From Flavobacteriales bacterium (GTDB taxonomy: Bacteria > Bacteroidota > Bacteroidia > Flavobacteriales_C > GCA-002722245), in NCBI GenBank assembly GCA_002722245.1, contig PBLA01000001.1:22292-86291 (forward strand): a stretch of 64,000 bases of DNA. The letters are read 5' to 3'. Position numbers and translations under genes: made by a program. Shown in pieces: positions 41,251 through 49,430 of this stretch. Every line of letters starts with the position of its first letter. Positions within the stretch are counted from its first letter, which is position 1. The notes under the pieces were generated by a model. That model was given only the letters and a program-made list of their open reading frames with translations, had not been told where the DNA came from and made no database searches.

Positions 41251-42087
41251 TTAAGTCAATGATTTTTTTCTCACCTTTTGCCAACCTAAAACGCTGAAAA
41301 GTCCTAATCCCATTAATACACCAATAGCAGGAACTGTAGGTATATCGAGAAATAGCGCAATAAAGTGACCACAGATACAACTCATAATACCAAAGCAAAC
41401 AGCAATGATCAAAAATGGTTTAAGTTTTTGAGTTATGACATGCGCAAATGATGCAGGTACAACTAATAATCCAATGACCATTATTGCTCCAACACTATCG
41501 AAACTATATACTGTGGAAACGCTTGACAGACCCAAAAGAAGATAGTTCCAAAAAGGAATAGAAATCCCTATAGATTTCGCGTATGCTTGATCAAAGCTGG
41601 TTAATTTAAAGCCTTTCAATCCCAGTAAAACAATAGGAGCTGTGATTAAAGAAATAATAATCAAATTAAAAGTAGGAGTGGGTATTCCCCATGTTTTAGG
41701 AACGATAGGGATCGTGTTAATGTCGCCAAATAAGACGCAGTCCACATCAATATCAGCATTTTTTGCTTGTGAAGTAATGAGTATAATTCCAATTGCAAAA
41801 AGGAGTGTGTAAATAATTCCAATTGAACTATCTTTTCCAAAACCTCCTATTCGATTCAACCACTCAATTAACAAAATAGCGATAATCCCAAATCCACTTG
41901 CACCAAGAAGCATCCAGAAAGAGTTGATTTCACCTGAAATCATAAAAGCAATAACAATACCAGGTAAAACAGCATGAGATAAGGCATCACCAATAAGACT
42001 CATTTTTCGAAGTACAAGAAAACTTCCCAGTAAACTGGAGTTTATGCCGATAATGCATGCAGTGAGTATAATCCAAAAATCAAACAT
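41251..42087 (-). CDS. metal (Mn/Zn/Fe) ABC transporter permease
   Basis: ABC-3 family topology with LLGSFLVLRKMSLIGDALSHAVLPGIV. About 278 aa. Confidence 0.85.
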   Translation of the reverse strand: MFDFWIILTACIIGINSSLLGSFLVLRKMSLIGDALSHAVLPGIVIAFMISGEINSFWMLLGASGFGIIAILLIEWLNRIGGFGKDSSIGIIYTLLFAIGIILITSQAKNADIDVDCVLFGDINTIPIVPKTWGIPTPTFNLIIISLITAPIVLLGLKGFKLTSFDQAYAKSIGISIPFWNYLLLGLSSVSTVYSFDSVGAIMVIGLLVVPASFAHVITQKLKPFLIIAVCFGIMSCICGHFIALFLDIPTVPAIGVLMGLGLFSVLGWQKVRKKSLT

Positions 42088-43439
42088 TAGTCTTCGTAAG
42101 GGATATTTTGTTGATGCGGATCGCTCGTTGGCCTCCCCAGTGTTTTTAATAATTCTGTTTCAAGGGATTTAGTCATGATGTGCTCAATGGATTCAGCACT
42201 TTCATGAACATGATCGGATTGTATTTGCATAAACTTTTCCATGTAAAGCTCCCACAATCTATGTATCCTAATAATTCTCTTTGCCTCTGCAATTCCTTTT
42301 TCAGTAAGCGTCCAAGCCCCATTCGCTTCAATTACAAACTTTTTTCTTTTTAAGATACTCAACCCTTTACTGAGATCAAAAGAAGCAAAAGGATGAAAAT
42401 TTTGAATCATTTGAACAGAATAACTTTGATCAAATTGGTTTTTGTGTTCACCTAATTTATACAGCGTTTTTAGGACATTATCCGAGATTATTTTATTTCG
42501 GTTTTGAATCCCCATTATTTTTTTTGTGATTAATCCCTTTCGAGATAGTAATGCGGACAAAATAGCGATGGTGGATAGTACTACAATAATCCAGGGGCCT
42601 GTAGGCATGTCTGGAAACAGATAGGAAACAAAAACACCCAAAATACTGCTTAAAGCTGCAAACGCACCAGACAATAAAATAGATTTTTTAAAGTGGTTGG
42701 TCCAGAAAAATGCAGAAGAGGCAGGAGTAATAATTAATGCACTCATCAGAATTATTCCAACTGTTTGAATTCCAATAGCAGTGCTCACGATAATTAATCC
42801 TGAAATTAGACTTTGAACAAGTTTGTTATTTAAACCAATTGTGTTTGCAAATCCCTGATCAAACAATGCAATTTTGAAGTGTCTATAAAATAAAATAACA
42901 ACCCCTAAAACAAGTCCACATAATCCACAAAAGAGATAGAGGTCTTTTCGAACAATCGTAGCTGCTTTTCCAAACAGAAAATCAGAAAGACCACTCTGCT
43001 GACTATTTCCTGAGTGTTGTATAATACTTAACAAAATAACACCTAAACTAAAGAGCACTGATAAGGCAATTGCAATGGCTGCATCTTTTTTAATTCGTGA
43101 GATTTTTGTTAACCAGTCTACAAGGAATACGGCAATTGCTCCAGCAAACATTCCTCCAGCTATTAAATAAATTGGATTTTTAACCCCAGAGAGCATAAAT
43201 CCTAAACATACACCTGGTAAAACAGAGTGGGAAACGGCATCAACAATTAATGCTTTTTTATTTAAAACAACTAAAACCCCTACAATACCGCACGTAAAAC
43301 CTAAAATTAACGTTCCAAAAAAAACGTTCGAAATATTGGCGTCTTGAAAAGAAAAAAAATAAATAAAATCGTCCCAAAATTTCATGTTACTCTCGAATTG
43401 GAAATTGTCGTTGTTTGTATACTTCACCCAATTGCTCAA
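42087..43439 (-). CDS. metal ABC transporter permease fused to a C-terminal DtxR/MntR-like regulator domain
   Basis: The N-terminal ~300 aa are an ABC-3 permease (IVDAVSHSVLPGV). The C-terminal ~150 aa are hydrophilic, with an HTH-like stretch and RIHRLWELYMEKF...HESAESIEHI. This parallels RKHRLWEVFLVEKLKFGWDEIHEIAEQLEHI of the adjacent stand-alone DtxR regulator. Confidence 0.7.
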   Translation of the reverse strand: MSNWVKYTNNDNFQFESNMKFWDDFIYFFSFQDANISNVFFGTLILGFTCGIVGVLVVLNKKALIVDAVSHSVLPGVCLGFMLSGVKNPIYLIAGGMFAGAIAVFLVDWLTKISRIKKDAAIAIALSVLFSLGVILLSIIQHSGNSQQSGLSDFLFGKAATIVRKDLYLFCGLCGLVLGVVILFYRHFKIALFDQGFANTIGLNNKLVQSLISGLIIVSTAIGIQTVGIILMSALIITPASSAFFWTNHFKKSILLSGAFAALSSILGVFVSYLFPDMPTGPWIIVVLSTIAILSALLSRKGLITKKIMGIQNRNKIISDNVLKTLYKLGEHKNQFDQSYSVQMIQNFHPFASFDLSKGLSILKRKKFVIEANGAWTLTEKGIAEAKRIIRIHRLWELYMEKFMQIQSDHVHESAESIEHIMTKSLETELLKTLGRPTSDPHQQNIPYED

Positions 43440-44172
43440 GAATACTCAGATTACCTCCGTAAGTTTTTTGCAGAAGTTCAGTAGTATATACGTCGTTAGT
43501 GGGACCACTCGCAACGATTCGTTTGTTAATAAGAACCATCCAATCAAAATATTCCATTGCAGATTGAAGGTCGTGATGAACAACAAAAATTGTTTTTCCT
43601 TCCTGTTGAAGCGTTAAAAGAAGATCAACAATTGCTTTTTCACTGGCCATATCAACACCAGCAAAAGGCTCATCCATGAAGTACAAATCTGCCTCTTGAG
43701 CCAAAGCTCGGGCAATGAATACACGTTGTTGTTGTCCACCAGAAAGAGCCGAAATATGATGCTTTGCGAAATCCATCATTTTTACTTTTTTAAGCGCATC
43801 AATAGCAATTTGTTTATCCTGTTTTGTTAGGCGTTTGAAAAGACTTTTTTTACCATATCTTCCCATTTCTACAACATCAAGGACAGTTGCAGGAAAATCC
43901 CAGTCAACCGATTCTTTCTGGGGTACATAAGCTATTTTTTGTCGAACCTTTTTTAAAGGTTGATTAAAGATTTTTACATAACCACTTGCTGATGGAACAA
44001 GTTCCATCATGGCTTTTAATAGGGTGGATTTACCCGCACCATTTGGCCCTATAATACCGACCATTTTCCCCTTAGGAATGTTAAAATCCACATTCCATAA
44101 TACGGGTTTATTATTATAGGCAACCGTTAAATCGTGAATTTCAACAATAGCCTCTTCTACATGCTTAATCAT
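43387..44172 (-). CDS. metal ABC transporter ATP-binding protein
   Basis: Walker A GPNGAGKST, ABC signature LSGGQQQR and Walker B LYFMDEP. Confidence 0.88.
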   Translation of the reverse strand: MIKHVEEAIVEIHDLTVAYNNKPVLWNVDFNIPKGKMVGIIGPNGAGKSTLLKAMMELVPSASGYVKIFNQPLKKVRQKIAYVPQKESVDWDFPATVLDVVEMGRYGKKSLFKRLTKQDKQIAIDALKKVKMMDFAKHHISALSGGQQQRVFIARALAQEADLYFMDEPFAGVDMASEKAIVDLLLTLQQEGKTIFVVHHDLQSAMEYFDWMVLINKRIVASGPTNDVYTTELLQKTYGGNLSILEQLGEVYKQRQFPIRE

Positions 44173-45113
44173 TTGCTTAATGCGCTAACAATTGTTTGGG
44201 TATTTTTTTTAATCATTTTAATGTAGGTTTCTGCACCACTTTGAGCATCACCTAAACCATCGCTGTAGAGCGTTCCACCAATTTTTAGGTCTAGTCCTTT
44301 TGATCGGCACCCTTCAATGATTGCATTGATATTTTTTCTAGAAACAGAATTTTCTATGAAAATGGCAGGGATTTTTCTACTTACTATAAGATCAGTTAAT
44401 TCTGTTATTCCGCGAACAGAAATATCGGATGCGGTTGATATACCTTGTACACCTTTTACTTCAATACCAAATGCTCGTCCATAATATCCGAATGCATCGT
44501 GCGCTGTAATCAACACCCTAATTGAATCAGGTATTTTATTCATTTCACGTTTAACATAAAGTTCAGTGGCTAATAATTTTTTTGTGTAGGATTTTGTTGC
44601 AGAATCAATATAGTTTTGATGAATAGGGAATTTTTTGGAAAATTCTTTTCCTACAAGTTCTACGGATGTTGCAAATAAATTAACATCATGCCAAAAATGT
44701 GGGTCATGAGCTGTTCCAAACTCTGTAGTTGCTCTTAATCTTTCCTCAGGTACAATTTCTCCGAGTTTAACCACATGACGAGATTTTCCTATTTCATCAA
44801 TAGCATCCAGCAAGTTAGATTCAAAGTGAATACCATTACAGGCAACAGATTCTGCGTTTAACATCGCTTTCATTTCAGATGCTTTACTCTTGTAGGTATG
44901 GGGGTCAACTCCAGGACCCATTAATGCTTCGATTTCAAAGGGTGTAGGAGGAAGGATGTTCTTCATAGCATCAGCAATTACACCTGTTGTACAAATTACA
45001 TGAACGCTCGAAGATGACATCTTATTTTCATGCGATGAACATCCAATTATAATAAGAATGGAAAGAAGGGGAAGATAAAGCAGGTTTTTCATATTATTTT
45101 TCTTTGGAAACAT
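44169..45113 (-). CDS. metal ABC transporter substrate-binding lipoprotein (TroA/ZnuA/MntC family)
   Basis: Signal peptide with lipobox (IIGCSS). Cluster-9 SBP length, with conserved HDPHFWHD and AHDAFGY metal-site regions. Confidence 0.8.
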   Translation of the reverse strand: MFPKKNNMKNLLYLPLLSILIIIGCSSHENKMSSSSVHVICTTGVIADAMKNILPPTPFEIEALMGPGVDPHTYKSKASEMKAMLNAESVACNGIHFESNLLDAIDEIGKSRHVVKLGEIVPEERLRATTEFGTAHDPHFWHDVNLFATSVELVGKEFSKKFPIHQNYIDSATKSYTKKLLATELYVKREMNKIPDSIRVLITAHDAFGYYGRAFGIEVKGVQGISTASDISVRGITELTDLIVSRKIPAIFIENSVSRKNINAIIEGCRSKGLDLKIGGTLYSDGLGDAQSGAETYIKMIKKNTQTIVSALSK

Positions 45114-45756
45114 TAAGGTTTTTAGCCACTAATTCTGAAAATGTCCGTTCAGTTTTTTGATTGACCAAAACTTTTAAGGACTTGTCAAATTGAAAGAAAT
45201 CTAAAATTTCAATGGATGAACCCAGTTTGAGGTCGATACTATCTAAATATCTTAAGAAATCTTTGGAGTCTTCAGAGACACCAATTAAAATTGATTTTTC
45301 ACCAATTGATAAATCATTTAATTTGTATTTTTTTAGAGTATGAAACTCGCCTTTTTTGTTTGGAATGGGATCACCATGAGGATCGTTTTTTGGATATCCC
45401 AAGTGCTCGTCCAATTTATCAATAAGTTTTGCGGATTTAATGTGCTCCAATTGCTCAGCAATTTCATGAATTTCATCCCATCCGAATTTAAGTTTCTCTA
45501 CCAAAAAAACTTCCCACAAACGATGTTTTCTTATTACATGTAATGCAATTTGTTCACCTTCTTTTGAAAGTGTTGTTCCTTGATATTTTATATAGTTTAC
45601 TAAACCTTTGTCGGCCAATTTTTTTACCATATCGGATACCGAGGAAGCTTTTGTAGAGAGCTCTTCAGCAATTGCATTGGTGGAAACTCCTTCTTTTGAT
45701 GGTCCGCTTAACTTAAAAATTGCTTTTAGATAATCTTCGGTGGTACTGGTTTGCAT
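45094..45756 (-). CDS. DtxR/MntR-family metal-dependent transcriptional regulator with C-terminal FeoA/SH3-like domain
   Basis: N-terminal wHTH (EDYLKAIFKL), a metal-binding/dimerisation region (RKHRLWEVF...HEIAEQLEH...DPHGDPIP) and a C-terminal SH3-like extension. It is first in the transporter operon. Confidence 0.8.
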   Translation of the reverse strand: MQTSTTEDYLKAIFKLSGPSKEGVSTNAIAEELSTKASSVSDMVKKLADKGLVNYIKYQGTTLSKEGEQIALHVIRKHRLWEVFLVEKLKFGWDEIHEIAEQLEHIKSAKLIDKLDEHLGYPKNDPHGDPIPNKKGEFHTLKKYKLNDLSIGEKSILIGVSEDSKDFLRYLDSIDLKLGSSIEILDFFQFDKSLKVLVNQKTERTFSELVAKNLNVSKEK

Positions 45757-45766
45757 TTACTCTAAG

Positions 45767-45804
45767 ATTTAGACAAAGATAAACAAATTTAGACTTGTCT
45801 AAAT
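45767..45804. promoter_or_regulatory. candidate DtxR/MntR operator: ATTTAGAC half-sites incl. perfect 8-2-8 inverted repeat
   Basis: ATTTAGAC-TT-GTCTAAAT at 45787-45804, plus an extra direct copy of ATTTAGAC at 45767-45774 (20 bp away). These sit 11-48 bp upstream of the regulator start codon (45756, minus strand). Confidence 0.4.
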
Positions 45805-45934
45805 ACCGTGTTTGGTGTAACTAAAAATATTGGCAAACAGTTGTTTTAGCTGTTTTTTATAGAAATCGATGATAAAATATATTTAGTTCGTAGTTTCTTT
45901 TTTTGAAATCTGAATTTGGTTAACTTAGAAAGTA

Positions 45935-46342
45935 ATGAAAAAGCTTCTTTTTTTGGTGCTTACTCTTACAGTTTTAGGTTGCACGAATAATAATGGTACG
46001 GTATTATGGAGAGTTTGGTATGCTGTTCAGGTACCGCCTAATTACGATTTGAAAATCACCTACAATTCGGATAAGTTTTTTGATTCGGGCGTGCATGATA
46101 CGATTTATGTTCATGACAGTAGCTATGTACAGCAATTAGATGGTTTTTGGATCGGTCAACGCCTTCAAGAGAACAAAGAACATGGCTATTATATAAATAT
46201 TAAAATTGATTCCTTAACACCTTATGATGGTCATTTAGGTGTATTTGTATATGCGAATGATACATCTTTACTGGATTCTGTTTTATATCCATATGGAAGA
46301 AAAGAAATCACCCTTCAAGGTGATATTCCAATCAATTTTTAA
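45935..46342 (+). CDS. hypothetical lipoprotein
   Basis: Signal peptide with lipobox (LTVLGCTNNNG). No domain recognised. Confidence 0.4.
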   Translation: MKKLLFLVLTLTVLGCTNNNGTVLWRVWYAVQVPPNYDLKITYNSDKFFDSGVHDTIYVHDSSYVQQLDGFWIGQRLQENKEHGYYINIKIDSLTPYDGHLGVFVYANDTSLLDSVLYPYGRKEITLQGDIPINF

Positions 46343-46344
46343 CT

Positions 46345-46761
46345 ATGCAACGAAAAATTTTAATAACAGCGGCGGTTATGGGGGTATTATCCGTTATAAT
46401 TGGTGCTTGGGCTGCTCACGGTATACAAGGCGTGATTTTGGATTCTGATCCTGATAAAATGAGTAAAATTGATAGTTTTAAGGTTGGAGTTCGTTACCAA
46501 TTTTATCATACTTTTCTTCTTTTGTTTTTGAGTTTAATACCAATTGAACGGTTTTCTAGTTTATTGTCTATTGTGTATAGATTAGTTGTTATAGGCGTAG
46601 TCCTGTTTTCAGGATCAATTTATGCATTAGCGCTCAAAAGTCAACTCGGGCTTGAAGGGGCTACAAAGTTTCTAGGTCCTATAACTCCTATTGGAGGCTT
46701 AACGTTAATTGTTGCCTGGAGTATATTGGTGTTCTATGGTTTAAAACAAAAAAAAATATGA
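46345..46761 (+). CDS. DUF423 membrane protein
   Basis: Four TM helices. AAVMGVLSVIIGAWAAHG and HTFLLL motifs are typical of DUF423. Confidence 0.55.
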   Translation: MQRKILITAAVMGVLSVIIGAWAAHGIQGVILDSDPDKMSKIDSFKVGVRYQFYHTFLLLFLSLIPIERFSSLLSIVYRLVVIGVVLFSGSIYALALKSQLGLEGATKFLGPITPIGGLTLIVAWSILVFYGLKQKKI

Positions 46762-48254
46762 TGGAGAATACATACGAAGGATATAAAGCTCATTTGCAAA
46801 AAATTGCCCATTTAAATTCAACTATGGCGTTATTAAGTTGGGATCAAGAAACCAATATGCCTAAAAAGGGAGCAGCGATCAGAGCGCAGCAGTTAAGTAC
46901 TTTGAGTACAATGGTACATGAATTGTTTACTGATCTTCGATTTGAAAACCTGGTAAATCATTTATTGGCAAAAAGTTGTTTTGGGTTTAAAGAGATGCGT
47001 AATCTTCAACTTACCAAGGAGTCTATTGAAGAAAATAAAAAACTTAATTCAGACTTCATTAAAAGGGCTGCAATTGCACGATCGGAGGCATTTCAATCAT
47101 GGGAACAAGCTCGAAGAGAAGAGCGTTTTTCTGTATTTATTCCGAGTCTTCAAAAAATTGTTGATTTAGAAAAAGAGAAAGCAGAACTATTAGGGTACAA
47201 CGATCATCCTTATGATGCCCTTTTAAACTTATATGAAAAAGATTCTACTGTTCATCAATTGAAGCAGGTTTTTACTCAGGTTAAGAACCATATCGTACCA
47301 TTTATTCAAGAAATATCAGCCAACGAACAGGTGGACGATTCCTTTCTGTATCAATATTATAATAAAGATGCACAATTTGATTTTAGTTTGGAGTTGTTAA
47401 ACTTTATGGGGTATGATTTTGATGCGGGAAGGCAAGATTTATCTACCCATCCTTTTACGATTAATTTTAGCGCTCATGACGTAAGATTGACTACAAGAGT
47501 CAATGAATATAATTTGTCGGAAGTGATTTGGAGTACCATTCATGAAGGCGGGCATGGGCTTTATGAGCAAGGTTTACCTATCAACCACTATGGGCTGCCA
47601 AGTGGTGAATATGTGAGTTTAGGTATTCACGAATCTCAGAGCCGGATTTGGGAAAATAACATTGGAAGAGCACTCCCTTGGTGGAAATTTTTATACCCTA
47701 AACTTCAAAAAGTCTTCCCTGAACAGCTTGGAGATGTTTCATTAGACCAGTTTTACAAGGCGATCAATAAGGTGCAGCCTTCTCTTATTCGAACCTCTGC
47801 TGATGAATTGACTTATCATGTGCATGTGATGATACGGTTTGAGATAGAGTGTAGCCTAATGGAGGGGGTAATTGAAGTTACAGATCTTGAGGAAGTTTGG
47901 AACGAAAAATACCAAGATTATTTAGGTGTAACACCTGATAAACCAACTGAAGGGATATTACAAGATATTCACTGGAGTCATGGAAGTTTAGGGTATTTCC
48001 CTACGTATTCAGTTGGAAGCTTTTATGCCGCCCAATTATATGCTCAAGCGGAAAAAGATATTCCTAATTTGGATGAAAAACTTGCCCAAGGAAAGACGAA
48101 TGATTTTTTAACCCTCATGCGGAAAAAGATTCATCAGTATGGTAAGTTATATCCCGCTGACCAGCTCGTGGAGCGTTTTAGCGGTGAGTCATTGAATATC
48201 AAGTATTTTATGGATTATGTTCATGAAAAATATCTCAAGATTTATGGTTTTTAA
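46758..48254 (+). CDS. M32 carboxypeptidase (carboxypeptidase Taq family)
   Basis: HEGGHGLYEQG zinc-binding HExxH, family-specific GIHESQSRIWEN and HPF motifs. About 498 aa. ATGA overlap with the upstream gene. Confidence 0.85.
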   Translation: MMENTYEGYKAHLQKIAHLNSTMALLSWDQETNMPKKGAAIRAQQLSTLSTMVHELFTDLRFENLVNHLLAKSCFGFKEMRNLQLTKESIEENKKLNSDFIKRAAIARSEAFQSWEQARREERFSVFIPSLQKIVDLEKEKAELLGYNDHPYDALLNLYEKDSTVHQLKQVFTQVKNHIVPFIQEISANEQVDDSFLYQYYNKDAQFDFSLELLNFMGYDFDAGRQDLSTHPFTINFSAHDVRLTTRVNEYNLSEVIWSTIHEGGHGLYEQGLPINHYGLPSGEYVSLGIHESQSRIWENNIGRALPWWKFLYPKLQKVFPEQLGDVSLDQFYKAINKVQPSLIRTSADELTYHVHVMIRFEIECSLMEGVIEVTDLEEVWNEKYQDYLGVTPDKPTEGILQDIHWSHGSLGYFPTYSVGSFYAAQLYAQAEKDIPNLDEKLAQGKTNDFLTLMRKKIHQYGKLYPADQLVERFSGESLNIKYFMDYVHEKYLKIYGF

Positions 48255-48608
48255 TTTTTTTTTCATTGTTTGAGTAAGTCTGAGCTCCCCTTTTATTCAT
48301 GGTGTTCTACCAAAAATATTTACACATTTGATTCCTTTATTTAGTGGTTATGAAATTTAAACAGTTGTAACCCAACGATTAACACGACGTATCAAAAGAT
48401 GACAATTGGATTGTAATGTAAATTATATTCCTCTTAATATTTGATTTTTTTTGAAAACGACTTGAACAAGCTATTCAAAATGTGTTTTTTCTGATCAACT
48501 GTTTATGCAGTGGTGGTTATGAAGTGTTTTTAAAAATCAGAAAATCTTTCATTAGAGTAGTTTTTTAATTGTGTTATCAAATTAAAACTTAACTAAAACT
48601 CTAGTATC

Positions 48609-49337
48609 ATGGAAAATTTATTTTTAACAGCAACTTTAGAAGCGGGGGACTATGTAGGGTTTACCTTCTTCATCGGTAGTATGGCCATGCTAGCCGCTAC
48701 TGTATTTTTCTTTCTAGAAATGAAATCAGTTTCTGGAAAGTGGAGAACGTCACTATTGGTGTCGGGATTAATTACATTTATTGCCGCAGTGCATTATTAT
48801 TACATGCGGGATTTCTGGGTGGAAAACAAAACCTCACCAACAGAATTTCGATATATTGACTGGATTCTAACGGTTCCTTTGATGTGTGTTGAATTCTATT
48901 TAATTCTTAAAGCATTTGGAGCAAAAAAAGGGTTGCTTTGGAAAATGATTTTTTACTCGGTATGGATGTTAGTTACCGGTTATTTAGGTGAAACCGTTTT
49001 CAGAGAATCAAGCGCAACTTGGGGTGCCATTTCAACAATTGGTTATTTAGGTATATTTTATGAAGTATGGTTTGGATCTGCTAAGCAACTATCCAACAAT
49101 TCAAACAATCCTACTCTACAAAAAGCGTTTAGTGCACTTGCATGGTTTATTTTTGCAGGATGGGCTATTTATCCAATTGGATACATGACAATTCCAGGTG
49201 GGTTATTAAGTGGAGCATTACCTGCGGAATCAATGGATATCATTTATAACATTGGTGATGCAATTAACAAAATTGGATTTGGATTGGTTATTTATAGTTT
49301 AGCGATAAATAGCACAAATGAAACCTCTGCTGCATAA
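48609..49337 (+). CDS. proteorhodopsin (light-driven proton pump, DTE motif, Met at tuning position)
   Basis: Seven TM helices. Helix C RYIDWILTVPLMCVEFY aligns to PR RYIDWLLTVPLLICEFY, giving proton acceptor D, T and proton donor E, with Met at the position-105 spectral-tuning site. Helix G DIIYNIGDAINKIGFGLVIY carries the Schiff-base lysine. Confidence 0.9.
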   Translation: MENLFLTATLEAGDYVGFTFFIGSMAMLAATVFFFLEMKSVSGKWRTSLLVSGLITFIAAVHYYYMRDFWVENKTSPTEFRYIDWILTVPLMCVEFYLILKAFGAKKGLLWKMIFYSVWMLVTGYLGETVFRESSATWGAISTIGYLGIFYEVWFGSAKQLSNNSNNPTLQKAFSALAWFIFAGWAIYPIGYMTIPGGLLSGALPAESMDIIYNIGDAINKIGFGLVIYSLAINSTNETSAA

Positions 49338-49381
49338 TCAATCTAATGGAAGGATAATTTTTTTAAAAAATTCATAAATAA

Positions 49382-49417
49382 AAAACCGAAGCAAAATTTG
49401 TTTCGGTTTTTTGTTTT
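49382..49417. terminator. bidirectional rho-independent terminator between rhodopsin (+) and hydrolase (-)
   Basis: AAAACCGAAGCAAA / TTTGTTTCGGTTTT near-perfect inverted repeat, flanked by an A-run upstream and a T-run downstream. Confidence 0.55.
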
Positions 49418-49430
49418 AATAAAAAAACAT

